From positions 14,632,001 to 14,696,000 of the forward strand of contig NC_090348.1 in NCBI RefSeq assembly GCF_035084215.1: a DNA stretch of 64,000 nt, written 5' to 3'. Under the pieces are notes generated by a model. It was not told the DNA's origin, did no database searches, and saw nothing but the letters and a program-made list of their open reading frames with translations. Source of the DNA: Heptranchias perlo (Eukaryota). Below are positions 48,505-62,165 of this stretch, one piece after another (the first letter of the stretch is position 1; the number at the start of each line of letters is the position of its first letter). The translations under genes were made by a program, and so were the position numbers.

Positions 48505-51160
48505 ACATAAGAAGATACTACATAAGAAATTGGAGCAGGAGTAGGCCATATGGCCCCTACTCCTGCTTTATCATTCAAGAAGATCATGGCTGATCTTCAA
48601 CCTCAACTCAACTTTCCCGCCCTATCCCCACATCCCCTGATTCTCTTCGTGTCCAAATATCCATCGATCTCAGTCTTGAATATACTCAATGACTGAGCAT
48701 TCACAGCCCTCTGGGGTAGAGAATTCCAAAGATTCACAACCCTCTGAGTGAAGAAATCTTTCCTCATCTCAGCCTTAAATTGCCAATCCCTTATCTTGAG
48801 ACTGTGACCCGTAGGGCTAGACACTCCAGCCAGGGGAAACAGCCTCTCAGCATCTACCCGGTCAAGCCCTCTAAGAATTTTATACATTTCAATGAGGTCA
48901 CCTCTCATTCTTCTAACTCCAGACAATATAGGCCCATTGTACTCAATCCCTCCTCGTAGGACAGCCCTCTCATTCCAGGAATCAATCTAGTGAACCTTTG
49001 TTGCACCGTCTCTAAGGCAAGTGTATCCTTCCTTACGTAAGGAGATCAAAACTATACACTACTCCAGGTGTGGCCTCACCAGAGCCCTATATAATTGCAG
49101 GAAGTCTTTACTCTTATACTCCAGCCCCCTTGCAATAAAGGCTAACATATCATTTGTTTTCCTAATTGCTTGCTGTACCTGCATGTTAACTTTCTGTGAT
49201 TCATGTACAAGGACACTCAAAACCCTTCTCACTACCCACATTTCTTAGTCTCTCACCTTTTAAAAAATATTCTGCTTTTCTGTTCTTTCTACCAAAGTGG
49301 ATAATTTCACATTTCGCCACATTATACTCCATCTGCCATCTTCTCACCCACTCTCTTAACCTGTCCATATCCCTTTGCAGTCTCTTGGCATCCACCTCAC
49401 AGCTTACTTTCCCACCTAGCTTTGTATCATCAGCAAACGTGGATACATTACACTCGGTCCCTTCATCTAAGTCATTAAACTATATTGTAAACAGCTGAGG
49501 CCCAAACACTGATCCTTGCGGCATCCCACTAATTACAACCTGCCAACCCAAAAATGACCCGTTTATTCCTACTCTGTGTTTTATTTAACCAATCCTCAAT
49601 CCATGTTAATATATTACCCCCTTTTCGCATCCATTAACCAATCCTTAATCCATGTTAATATATTACCTCCAATTCACATCCATTAACCAATCCTTAATCC
49701 ATGTTGATATATTACCCCCAATCTCATGAGCCCTAATCATTTGTAACAATTATTTATGTATCGATTACCTTTTGAAAATCCAAATATACTACATTCACTA
49801 GTTCCCCCTTATCCACTCTGCTAGTTACACCCTCAAAAAAATTCTAATAGAGTCATCTAACAAAATTTCCCTTTCAGAAAACCATATTGTCTCTGCCTAG
49901 TCATATTATGATTTTCTAAGTGCCCTGGTACTATGCCCTGAATAATAGATTCTAGCATTTTCCCTACTACTGATGTCAGGCTAACTGGCCTAAAGTTCCC
50001 TATTTTCTCTCGCCCTCCTTTCTTGAATAGCAGAGTTACATTTGCTACCTTCCAATCCACAGGGACCATTCTAAAATCTAGGGAATTCTGGAAGATCAAA
50101 ACCAATGCATCCACTATCTCTGCAGCCACCTTAGGATGTAGGCCATCAGGTCCAGGGGATTTGTCAGCTTTTAGTCCCATTAATTTCTCCAGTACTTTTT
50201 CTTTAGTAATCTTTAAGTTCCTCACTCTCATTAGACTGTTGGTTCCCCACTATTACTGTTGTTTTTTTTTGTTGTCTTCTGTTAAGACAGATACAAAATA
50301 TTTGTTTAACATCTCTGCCATTTCCTTATTCCCCATTATTTTTTCTCCTGTCTCTGCCTCTAAGGAACACACGTTTACTTTCGCTAATCTCTTCCTTTTT
50401 ACATACTTGTAGAAGCTCTTATGATCTGTTTTTATATTTCTTGCTAATTTACTCATTCAATTTTCTCCCTCTATCAAATTCTTAGTCATCCTTTGCTGAT
50501 TTCGAAAACCCTTCCAATCCTCAGGCATACTACTCTTTTTGGCAACATTGTAAGCATCTTTTTTTAATCTAATACTATCCTTAACTTCTCGAGTTAGCCA
50601 TAGTTGGATCATTTTCCCTGTGGAGTTTTATTCCTCAAGGGACTATGTATTCTTTGAGAATTATGAATTTTAAAAAAAAGTTCACCATTGCTTATCTACC
50701 ATCATATCTTTTAATCTAATTTCCCAATCTATCTTAGCCAACTTGCCCCTCATACCTATGTAATTGACTTTGTTTAAAATTAAGCCCCTAGTTTTGGACT
50801 TAACATCATCATTCTTAAATTCAATATGAAATTCTATCATATTATGATCACTCTACCCAGAAGGATCCTTAACTATAAGATTACTAATTAACCCTATGTC
50901 ATTACACAATACTAGATCTAAAATAGTCTGTTCCCTCGTTGGTGCCTCCATATATTGTTCTAGAAAACTGTCTCGAATGCATTCCATGAACTCGTCATTC
51001 AAACTGTTTTTGCTAATTTGGTTTGCCCACTCTATATGAAGGTTAAAGGCCCCACGATTATTGCATTACCCTTGTTACATGCTCCTCTAGTTTCCTGATT
51101 TATACTCTGTCCAACATTATAACTGTTGCTAGGGGGCCTATAAACTACTCTCACCAGTGT
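48505..51160 (-). mobile_element. Degenerate CR1-clade LINE
   Basis: 3' end cataagaaattggagcaggagtaggcc; ORF2 fragments (KSPGPDGLHP, WQMEYNVAKCEIIHFG, RRMRGDLIEMYK). Confidence 0.9.
49585..49720. repeat. 49-bp tandem triplication inside the CR1
   Basis: ttaaccaatcct(c/t)aatccatgtt(a/g)atatattacc at 49585, 49634 and 49683. Confidence 0.85.
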
Positions 51161-51164
51161 TTCC

Positions 51165-52650
51165 ACTTTCCAGCACTTGGTCCGTAGCCTTGTAGATCAC
51201 AGCACTTCAGATGCACATCCAGATACTTCTTAAATGAGTTGAGAGTTTCTGCCTCTACCACCCTTTCAGGCAGTGAGTTCCAGAACCCGGCCACCCTTTG
51301 GGTGAAAAAAATCTTTTCTCACTCCCCTCTAATTCTTCTACCAATCACTTTAAATCTATGCCCTTTGGTTATTGACCTCTCTGCTAAGGGAAATAGGTCC
51401 TTCCTATCCACACTATCTATGCCCATCATAATTTTGTACACCTCAATTAAATCACCCCTCAGCCTTCTCTGTTCCAAAGAAAACAACCCCAGCCTATCCA
51501 ATCTTTCCTCATAGCTAAAATTCTCCAGTCCTGGCAACATCCTCGTAAATCTCCTCTGTACTCTCTCTAGTTCAATTACATTCTTCCTGCAATGTGGTGA
51601 CCAGAACTTTACACAGTACTCAAGCTGAGGCCTAACCAGTGCTTTATACAGTTCCAGCATAACCTCCCTGCTCTTATGTTCTATGCCTCGGCTAATAAAG
51701 GAAAGTATCCCATGTGCCTTCTTAAGCCCTTTATCTATCTGTCCTGCTACCTTCAGGGATCTGTGGACATGCACTCCAAGGTCCCTTACTTCCTCTACAT
51801 TTTTTAGTATCCTCCCATCTGTTGTATATTCCCTTGCCTTGTTTGCCCTCCCCAAATGCATTAACTCAAACTTATCCAGATTGAATTCCATTTGCCACTT
51901 TTCTGCCCATCTGACCAGTCCATTGATATCTTCCTGCAATCTACAGCTTTCCTCCACACTATCAACCACACAGCCAATTTTTGTATCATCTGCAAACTTC
52001 TTAATCATGCCCCCTATATTTAAGTCCAAATCATTAATATATTTCACAAAAAGCAAAGGACCTCATACTGAGCCCTGTGGAACCCCACTGGAAACAGCCT
52101 TCCAGTCACAAAAACATCCATCAACCATTACCCTTTGCTTCCTGCCACTGAGCCAATTTTGGATCCAACTTGCCACTCTCCCTTGGATCCCATGGGCTTG
52201 TATTTTTTTGACCAGTCTGCCAAATGGGACCTTGTCAAAAGCCTTGCTAAAATCCATGTAGACTACATCAAATTACCCTCATCGACCCTCCCCGTTACCT
52301 CCTCAAAAAATTCAATCAAGTTAGTCAGACACAACCTTCCCTTAACAAATCCATGCTGACTGTCCTTGATTACTCTGTGTCTTTCTAAGTGACGGTTTAT
52401 CTTGTCCCTCAGAATTGATTCCAATAATTTGCCCAGCACAGAGGTTAGACTGACTGGCCATAATTACTTGGTCTATCCCTCGCTCCCTTTTTACACAATG
52501 GTACAACATTAGCAGTCCTCCAATCTTCCGACACCACAGCTGTATCCAGTGAGGATTGGAAAATGATGCTATTTCGTCCCTTGCTTCTTTTAACAGCCTG
52601 GGATACATTTCATCCAGCCTGATGATTCATCTACTTTCAAAGATGCTAAT
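51165..52650 (-). mobile_element. Second CR1-clade LINE fragment (RT domain)
   Basis: DFSKAFDKVP, SGVPQGSV, YINDL..KFADDTK, LERVQRRFTRML in ORFs 51319-52257. Confidence 0.92.
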
Positions 52651-53977
52651 TTTCTGTCCCTTGTTATTTCTTAGCTCCACCTATATTAGGAAAGGTGACC
52701 AAACACTTGGTCAAAGAGGTAGATATAATTTTTTCATTTTATTCCCTGAAAATGGGCAAAACAAATTTGAATTTCTCCCTCAAAATGCCTAACCCTAATG
52801 TAACATTAACATTACTGAGATTTTACTGCTGAATTGGACACTCTTAGCAATAGCATCACAGTAGGTCTTGACCTGCAAAGGTGGGTAAGATACCAACTCT
52901 CCCACTGTCCTTCTAAAATAAATTAGAGACAGATGGAGGAGCAATAACTCAAGTGCTGGAGTGTGATAAACTTGGTGAAGAACCTTAGATCAGCCCACTC
53001 ACAAAAAGTGCTCAGTGACTACGTTATGTGAATCCAATACAAGAGGGGTAATTATGCAATCCTACCCTCACAGTGGGGAACTGTGCTCACATGGAGCATG
53101 GGTTTAAAATAAGGCTACTTCTGCGACGCCCAACTCTGAGCGCAACTTTCTGCTGAGATTGCAAAATTGCTCCATCAGGCCCTGATTTGTTTACTTTATC
53201 CAGAACATATCGTTTATGACAATATCTTCTGAAAACATTGTAAATATGGAAGGGTTGATATTAATTATCCAACATACCCTTCAGAAATAGAAAATAAAGG
53301 AAACAGCAGAAAAAGACTCCCAGCCACAACAAATCATCCCTTTTTGGTAGATCTGAACCTCGCCATCCTTCTTTCTCACCAGTGTGAACAATTTGCCAAT
53401 ACCTATTTTATCAAAACATGCAGACAGGGATTAGTAAGGAAACTGTAGGCGAGTTAGTCTTACTTCAATTGTCGGTAAGCTACTGAAGTTTCTAATACAG
53501 GATGGAATTACCAAGCACTCGGAGAAAACCAAGTTAATCAGGGCCAGTCAGCAATGATTTCTAAAAGGCATGTCATTCTTTGAAGACATAACAGAGGGGA
53601 AAGTAACAGAAATGCAGTAACTGTGGTTTATGTGAATTTTCAAAAAACGTTTCATGAGATCATGTTAGCGGATTTCTCTCATTACTGTCGCAGCTATAGA
53701 TTGTTAATCCATCAATAACAACTTCCGCTTGATTCTAGCCCAAGTGGTTATAAAATAGCAAGTTTAATAGAATGACTTATAACAGAGTTGCACTGCAGCT
53801 GTCTTCAACATTACATTCAACAGTACTATAGTTATAATACAACTGTCTACAGCTTACATTAATGAAAAGCAACCAATACAACCTGACCTGTCCACAAATC
53901 CAGGTGGATCAGACCTGACCTTTGCAGACTGCCTGTGGCAATGGACTTCCGACCGGCCTCTCGAGAGCTCTAACTTT

Positions 53978-55450
53978 TCATACAATCATAGAATGGTTAC
54001 AGCACAGGAGGCCGCCTATTGGCCCATCGAGCCTTTGCCGGCTCTTCGTAAGAGCAATCCAGTTAGCCCCATTTGCCTGCTCTTTCCCTGTAGCCCTGCC
54101 ATTTTTTTTCCTTCACATATTTATCCAATTCCTTTTTTAAAGCTATGATTGAATCTGCTTCCACCACCCTTTCAGGCAGCACATTCCAGATCATAACTAC
54201 TCGCTGTGTAAAAATTTTTTCCTCACATCGCATTTGGTTCTTTTGCCAATCACCTTAAATCTGTGTCCTCTGGTTCTCGATCCGCCAATGGGAACAGTTT
54301 CTCTTTATTTACTTTATCTAAACCAGTCATGATTTTTGAACACTTAGAAGTAAGAAACATAAGAAATAGGAGCAGGAGTAGGCCATCAGCCCCTCGAGCC
54401 TGCTCCGCCATTCAATAAGATCATGGCTGATCTGATCCTAACCTCAAATCTAAATTCATGTCTAAATTCATGTCCAATTTCCTGCCCGCTCCCCGTAACC
54501 CCTAATTCCCTTTACTTCTAGGAAACTGTCTATTTCTGTTTGAATTTATTTAATGATGTAGCTTCCACAGCTTCCTGGGGCAGCAAATTCCACAGACCTA
54601 CCACCCTGAGTGAAGAAGTTTCTCCTCATCTCAGTTTTGAAAGAGCAGCCCCTTATTCTAAGATTATGCCCCCTCGTTCTAGTTTCACCCATCCTTGGGA
54701 ACATCCTTACCACATCCACCCGATCAAGCCCCTTCACAATCTTATATGTTTCAATAAGATCGCCTCTCATTCTTCTGAACTCCAATGAGTAGAGTCCCAA
54801 TCTACTCAACCTCTCCTCATATGTCCGCCCCCTCATCCCCGGGATTAACCGAGTGAACCTTCTTTGTACTGCCTCGAGAGCAAGTATGTCTTTTCTTAAG
54901 TGTGGACACCAAAACTGTATGCAGTATTCCAGGTGCGGTCTCACCAATACCTTATATAACTGCAGCAATACCTCCCTGTTTTTATATTCTATCCCCCTAG
55001 CAATAAACGCCTTCTTGATCACCTGCTGCACCTGCATACTAACTTTTTGATTTTCTTGCACTAGGACCCCCAGATCCCTTTGTACTGCAGTACTTTCCAG
55101 TTTCTCGCCATTAAGATAATAACTTGCTCTCCGATTTTTCCTGCCAAAGTGCATAACCTCACATTTTCCAATATTGTATTGCACCTGCCAAATCTCCGCC
55201 CACTCACCCAGCCTGTCTATATCCCCTTGATATCAAATCTCCTCTCAACCATCTCTGCCCTAAGAACAACCCCAGCTTCTCCAGTCTACCCATGTAACTG
55301 AAGTCCCTCGTCCCTGGAACCATTCTAGTAAATCTTTTCTGCACCCTATCTAAGGCCTTCATGACCTTCCTAAAGTGCGGTGCCCAGAATTGGACACAAT
55401 ACTCCAGTTGTGGCTGAACCAGTGCTTTATAAAGGTTCAACATAACTTCC
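53978..55450 (-). mobile_element. CR1 3' fragment interrupted by a younger CR1 (~54344-55229)
   Basis: Outer element breaks at gatttttgaacac and resumes at atatcaaatctcctctcaacc; inner element has its own 3' end gaaacataagaaataggagcagg and ORF 54546-55184. Confidence 0.85.
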
Positions 55451-55869
55451 TTCTGGGAGGGAGCATGCCCTATCTTTATACTATTTGGCTGTGTTGTTCT
55501 ATGTGTTAGCACCACTGGTCTTATCTCATGGTCATAAATCATCCCATTGTGCTGACTCTCCAAAAACTACCAAGGATTGTCTTAGTGTTTACATAGCCTT
55601 TCCCCGTTATCAGGTCTTAGTATGTTTATATTAGGTTAGGACAAGCTGTCTCTTGAATCTTACTGTTTTTCACTATTCTAATGCCTCAGCACTCTTTCAA
55701 TGACCTCTTGGGTTTCTGTAAGTTATTTTCCTCACAGTGATGCTGACCTTTGCCCTCCTACGTACACCTGCCCTCTTGCTAAGATGCAAGACACTAAGCG
55801 AACCAATATTTTCTATGCTTATTTTAAACCATCTTCTTACATATAAGAGTCTTATGGCAAAAGTAATGG

Positions 55870-56880
55870 CACATGGAAATAAGGGAAATGTTAAATGAAA
55901 AAGACGGTTGAAGATTTTAAAGCAAAGGGCAAATGTAAAATGAAGTTGTGGTGAGTGGTGTTCTAAGTGATCTATGTTGGGGCTGCTTTTATTCACCATA
56001 TACATAAATGATCTGGATTTAGGAATTGAGGGAAAATATTAAAATTTGGTGATGTTACCAAGATGGGGGAGGGTAAATATGGTAACATTTCAATAAAGAT
56101 TATGAAAGACTGCAGGAGGATATGAATAGGCTAGCAGGATAGGTAATTGGTGGTAGATACAGCTCAATGTAGAAAAATATAAGTAAATGCACCTAGGGAC
56201 GTTTTTTCAAATTAAAAGCTGCTACATAAATGCAAGTTCTTGCTGTAATTGTAAGGGTAAGGAAATGTGTTTAAATGGTAAGATTTTAAAACGACAGAGG
56301 AACAAAGGGACTTTGGTGAGCAGGTGCACAGGTCAATTAAAATGGCAACACAAGTAGAAAAGGCCACTTCACTTCAAAAGTACCTCAGTGGCTATAAAGC
56401 GTTTTGGATGTCCTTAGGTCATGAAAGGCGCTATATAAATACAAGTACTTTCTTTCTCTTTTTCAAAGGGAATCCTTGATTTCTATCTGGATGCATGGAA
56501 TACAAAAACATGAAAGTAATGTTGACTTGTGCAGGACATTAGTTAGGATGAAATTGGAGTATTGTGTACTGTTTGCACACCCTATTATAGTAAAGATATA
56601 AAGGCAATGAAAAAGGTGCAGCATAGATTGACTGGAATATCATCAGGGATGAGGAGTTACAGTTATGAAGAGAGATTTGAGAAGTCAGGGCCTTTTTTCT
56701 AAAGCTGATAAGATTAAGGGATGTCTTGCTAGAAGTCTTCAAGATTATTAAGGGCTATGATAGGGTAAAAAGAGGTATGGGAGTGAGATTTGACTAGATG
56801 GCGCAAGTGGAGGCAAACACCAATGCAGACTTGTTGGGATGAATGACCAGTTTCTGCGCTGTAACATTTTATGATTCAAT
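55870..56880 (+). mobile_element. Old CR1 remnant with a SINE tail inserted at ~56366-56460
   Basis: Eroded tacataaatgatctgga, gactgcagggagatat, gattaagggatgtcttgctagaagtcttcaagatt motifs. Confidence 0.6.
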
Positions 56881-56929
56881 CAATCTTCTAATAATTTTGC
56901 CCTACTCCATATTTCTAACTCCAAAGAGA

Positions 56930-59900
56930 TAAGGGGGAGGTTGTCTACTTGGGCACTAAACAGGTGCAATATTGGTGGTGTGTTCACAGAGCCCGCCCAA
57001 TGTGGCAATCAGGAGACCCAAACCGTTTTCAGGTTTGAGCTTCATTAACATTTATTTTCGGTGAGCTGCAGGTGCCAAATGGACGCTCTTCTGCAGTTCA
57101 CCAGTTTCCTCTGGCGGAACATTGACCAACTATAGGTAAGTCCTGTTGGGGGTGGGGGTGGGGGTGGGGGGTGGGATGGGGTAGCTCGGATGCCGGATTG
57201 GAGGTAACAGGAATGGGTCAACAGCGGGCCAGAAGGTGTTTTTGAGGCCTGGAGGAGATAAAGAACAGAAATCTTTAAGAAGCTGGCACACAATCAGCAC
57301 GGAAGGAGGCCACGACACATTGCAACCACTCACCCTCTGGAAGAAGGTGCCATTAACATTATAGGAAGATGGACAGCAGTCAACATCGCAGATAGTGAGA
57401 CAGGGGGCCTGGCACAGCATAGTTTGTTGACAGCTTCCTTTCTTCTTGCTTTCCTACTTAACTCTTTCAGTCATGCACTAACTAACTTCCTGAACATGAC
57501 ACGAGGTGTGGCACTGCACTGCCATTGATTTGCTATTGCTTTTCCTCACATTTACATCCTAACCCTTGTTCCTCTCTCCTTTTTCTAGGTTAACCAATAG
57601 TGCCAGATAGACTGATGAAAATTCTGATAATAGTGCACACAGTCACTCACTCTTACCTTGCTGAGCAGCAGCACAGAAATCAGTATTCTGCGTGATTTAG
57701 ATAATGAGTTATTGGGGATTGCACCAGGGGGAATTCACCAGCATAAGTGAGCAGGAGCAAGAGCAGGAGTAGGTGGAGGTGATAAGGAAGGCCAATGAAC
57801 AAGCTAACCAGAGAGTCAGCTCATGTCCTACCTCTGCTGATGAGGATAGAGATGCAGATTTCAGGGGCCCAGCATTTAAAAGCTGATTTCTGTGCACCAA
57901 CAATTGCCGAATGCATTGGCAATACTTGCCTGCCAGTAAAATGTGTTACAGTGGAGCTAACTACCCAATTGTGAGATTTCTCACACGTGGCATGCACATT
58001 TTGTAGTCAACCATGGATCAAGTAGTCACCACAATGGCTGTTCCAGGTGAGCCATCCCTGCAGGAGTTTGTAACCCCGGTAATAGCATCTCTCCGAGGCC
58101 ATGTAGGCTTTGGGCTCAACCATCTTCTCTGCCTTGGACATACTGGGCAACTAAGTGATAGAGGCTTCACTCAGATTACTGCTGTCCTAGACTGTGCTCT
58201 CCCATGGATCAGTAGGAGTGCTGAGCCACAACCCAGTAGAAGGGGCAGTCATGTAATGGGAATGGAACAGGATGCCGTTTCTTATGATGACAATAATTCT
58301 GTCGCCTGTAAGATTCTAAAAATTCGCAGATCCCCCAAAACTTGGAGAAAAACCCTAAAAAAAACCTGAGTATGGAAAACTTTGGCCATTGACCAAAATC
58401 CTAAGATGGAAGGATAGGTGAGAGGTCACCAGACGAAATCAACAACACACAGTGGAATGTGGGAGAATTACTGCTTCAGACATGTCTCTGTTTTAATGCA
58501 AAACCGACAGCAGGTGGTCGACACTCACTGCCATTGAAAGAGGCAACTGCTCCAGACGTGGTGGGGCCATGTCTTTGTTTTAAAGCAAAACCGATCAACA
58601 CCTAGGATGTTGGATACAAAAGGAAGCCTGCATACTAGGTGATCAGCAAATCAGAATCAAAACAATGACCCATTGGGAGAAGCAATTGCAACATGATGAG
58701 GGACCATCAAAAAGACATCAAAGATTCTTAAGGACTTTGTAAGAACTGTTTAAACAGACATGAAGTGTTTTTTTTAAAAAGTGACGAAGACCATTGTAAG
58801 GGAGGGATATAGAAGTGGAAACTCGAAACCTCTCTCTCTCTGGATCTTGCTGGCGCTTGTGTGCTGCTTGTCCTTTTCTGCCTGTCTCTGGAAGGAAGAG
58901 CAGTTTTCCAGCGAAACCAACGAACCCTACGTGAGAGAACTGGTCAACCAGACCTACAAGGGCAAAGGATTGTTCAACAGCTGGGCAACAGGGAAGGTCA
59001 GCAGCTTTAGAAGCAGGCCGACACATGAGAAGAAACCAGAGCAACAGCCCCAGTGACCATCAGACACCTCGCGGCAACAAGGGCCTTACGAAACAACCAA
59101 CCGAATATTGCCACCAACCAATCGGGTAATATTGGGCCACCAAAGAAAACCAACTCGGGAGAAAACCGAAGATCCGCAAAGTTTCCACTCTACAATCTAT
59201 TTCTGACTTACCTCTGGGTGAATTACTGTCAAGGATTCGTTTGGTGAGCATTATCTCTGGCCCTTTAGAGTCCAACTTAGCTAGTACAGTGGGATTGGGA
59301 GGGGTGAGGTATCTTTCTACTGTAATTTCCCTCGTGTGTACCGAAGTGTTCCCCATTTTATTAGAGTGTTAAGATTGTTGTGTTGTATTTTCTCTCTTGA
59401 ATAAAGGTCAAAGTTTCTTGCACCAAAACCAGTTGTCTGCTGCACTTTGTCACAACCCACAAATAAGTCCAAGGTCTAGAACCCAGGGAATGGGAGCGAT
59501 TCGAACCGCTCAGAAGTCAGAGGTGAAGCTGACACACACCACCACCCCCTACAGCCTTGTGATCCCCTGAACCAATGTTCGCCTGGTGCCAGAAAGCAAG
59601 CTGGGCAAGACTGCCATGGCAGTTGCTGAGTTTTTGTAGTCTGCAGCCAGGCTCTATCTGGCCTTAGTTCCTAGAGGTTATGAGCCCTTGAATGAGCCAT
59701 AGTAGTCTCCCTCTTCCCATATTGCAGTCACTGGAGGAACAACATGTGGAAGCACTGGTGTAGGTAAAAGGGCATTTCAGACAGGCACTAAGGGCTCACA
59801 CTGGGGTGAGAATTAATTTGTAGGCTTTAATATAAGCCAGTAAAACTACAATGCTGTTTCAAATCTTTATGTGCAGAGATTGTTCCTGTAGTACGTGGTG

Positions 59901-61470
59901 ATCTTTCAATGTTAGATGATACAAATATCAATTTGGGTATTTGGACAGATGTTGTTGATTGTAGGATGGAAGAATTGGGATATATGTTGGACCTGACTGT
60001 TAATTGCAGGGGAGGATGGATTATTCAGCTGAAGTTCTCTTCAATGAGCGGCTGTTGATCAGATTTGGCTGCAGGCAACTGTTGGCTCCTCCCTGCATCC
60101 TTGTCATCGGTGTTCTTTTCCTTATCATGCTGAAGGTCCTCCACCAATGGTGGCTCCAAGTTTTGTCCCTGTTATAAAGCAAAATTATGCAGCATATAGC
60201 AAACCACAATCATACAGATCACTTTTTCTAGGCTGTGCTGCAGAAAGCTACCAGACCAGTCCAGGCACTGAATCATTGTATGAGGACTTCAATGGTCTGT
60301 TGATGAGGGCTCCAGTTGACCCAGGGATCTGATTGTAGAAGAGTTCTGCAGCTGAGCGTGGATTTTTAAGAGGAGTGATAAGCCAAATGTGAAGGGGATA
60401 ACCCTTCTCTCCAATCAGCCAGCCTTTAACTTGCTGTGCAGGGGCAAAGAGTGGGGCAACAAATGGCTAACACAATCTAGAAGGATCAAGGCAGCTGTTG
60501 TGCAAAGGAACCCACAGGGTGGTGTAGGTGCAGTCAATGATGCCCTGGACTTGTGGGAATCCTGCAATCTGTACGAACCCCAGACCACTCTCCTACTGCT
60601 TCCAAATATCCTTAGGGATGGTGATGAATGTGTTCGTTTCAGCAAATATGGCTTTAGTCATCAGTTTAATATAAGCATAGACTGCAGACTGATTGATGTT
60701 GCTGATATCTCCTTTGGTAGCTGGAGGCAAAGAAGTTCAGGGCTGCAGTGACCAGGACTGCAGCAAGCAATTAGCTGTAGCAGTTGGCTGCATGTCTTTT
60801 TGCAGGATGTCACTCAACTCTGACACTAACTTCCAAGAGAACTGAAGCCTTCTTGAGCAATGTTCCTCTGAGAACTGCAGGTATGTTCTTCTGGACCTGT
60901 AAACTCTGTTGGGAGAGTATGGATCTCTCCAAGAACACTTCCTTTTACTGCTCTGTAGCTGCAACTCCATCTGTTCCTTCCTGTTCCTCCCAAAATAGGA
61001 TGCCTTGAAGGAACCCTATCAAGAAATGCCTGAAGCCCTTTAAAAGCTCAGAACCTACAATAGCAACTAGAAGCACTTACAAATCTGTTAAGGTCAAAAA
61101 GCCCACAAGCTACTGCAAGAAATATCTCCAAAAGCATCATACAGCTTTGCCTGAGAGCAGCTAAAGATCCTTTTTAATAGCTTTTGAAATGGCCGCCTCA
61201 TGGCATGTACCGCCCACGATTGGCAGACGAGCAGGAACTAGTGTTAGTCAGAAAATATTGCCGGCATTGTAATTATGTCACCTGATCCCAATTTGAAATT
61301 ATTGATGAGGTTCCAGCCTGATTTAGCAGGAAACTCTGGCTTCCAGGAATTATGACTCGAAGAAAATCAGGGGCATTACCAAAATTAGTGATAACCACAT
61401 AGGAGGAACAGGCACTTTATTTTCTGCCCGCTACTGCTCCATTTGCATTCAAAATCGGGGCATTCAGGAG
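56930..61470. mobile_element. Decayed two-gene PIF/Harbinger element (possible Myb-like relic on +, transposase on - at ~59990-61010)
   Basis: Minus-strand QIAGFPQVQGIIDCT and WLIGEKGYP transposase motifs; + strand relic near 57200-57420 resembling the Myb accessory gene; outer limits approximate. Confidence 0.6.
58307..59553 (+). mobile_element. Solo LTR (~1.25 kb) nested in the Harbinger relic
   Basis: TGTAA...CTACA termini, short flanking duplication gcc(t), AATAAA at ~59400. Confidence 0.55.
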
Positions 61471-61919
61471 ACCAACATCACACCCATCACACGCTATCAG
61501 TCCAATACAAGATTCTGACTGAATTATCACCACTGGAGTCGTTAGTGCTCAAGCCAGACCTCTATGTTTTTGCTACAAATTCAAGAGGTGCTGCAGCTAC
61601 ACCTCAGCATTCTATAACAGTCCAAAGGGCACACACAATATGCCAGCAATGAAGCCTGACACATCACCTCCCTGTGGAACCCGCCCATTGTGTCATTATC
61701 TAGAGCTCTATAACTTGAACACAGCATTACTTCTTCAAACAAGAGGGCCAATTTTAATTTTAGGCGTGCAATGGGTGGTCAGTGGGCCAGGCCGCAGTCA
61801 GCGGGTGAGGCGCAGTAGACGGGTGAAGCGCGCCTGCTGCCCACCTGTTGGGGCAGATTTTGTGCCTGCTCCTGGCATAAATGGGGCAGAAATGGCCTGA
61901 AAATGGCGCGGATCACTTT

Positions 61920-62165
61920 TTTAAAAATTCGTTCATGGGATGTGGGCATTGCTGGCAAAGCCAGCACTTATTGCCCATTCCTAATTGCCCTTGAGAAGGT
62001 GGTGATGAGCCGCCTTCTTGAACCGCTGCAGTCCGTGTAGTGAAGGTTCTCCCACAGTGCTGTTAGGTAGGGAGTTCCAGGATTTTGACCCAGTGACGAT
62101 GAAGGAACGGCGATATATTTCCAAGTCGGGATGGCGTGTGACTTGGCAGGTGGTGTTGTTTCCAT
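61920..62165 (-). mobile_element. LINE 3' end fragment
   Basis: Minus strand encodes SFIVTGSKSWNSLPNSTVG...LQRFKKAAHHHLLKGN (ORF2 C-terminus) followed by a short 3'UTR; same family as the tip at ~34490. Confidence 0.7.
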
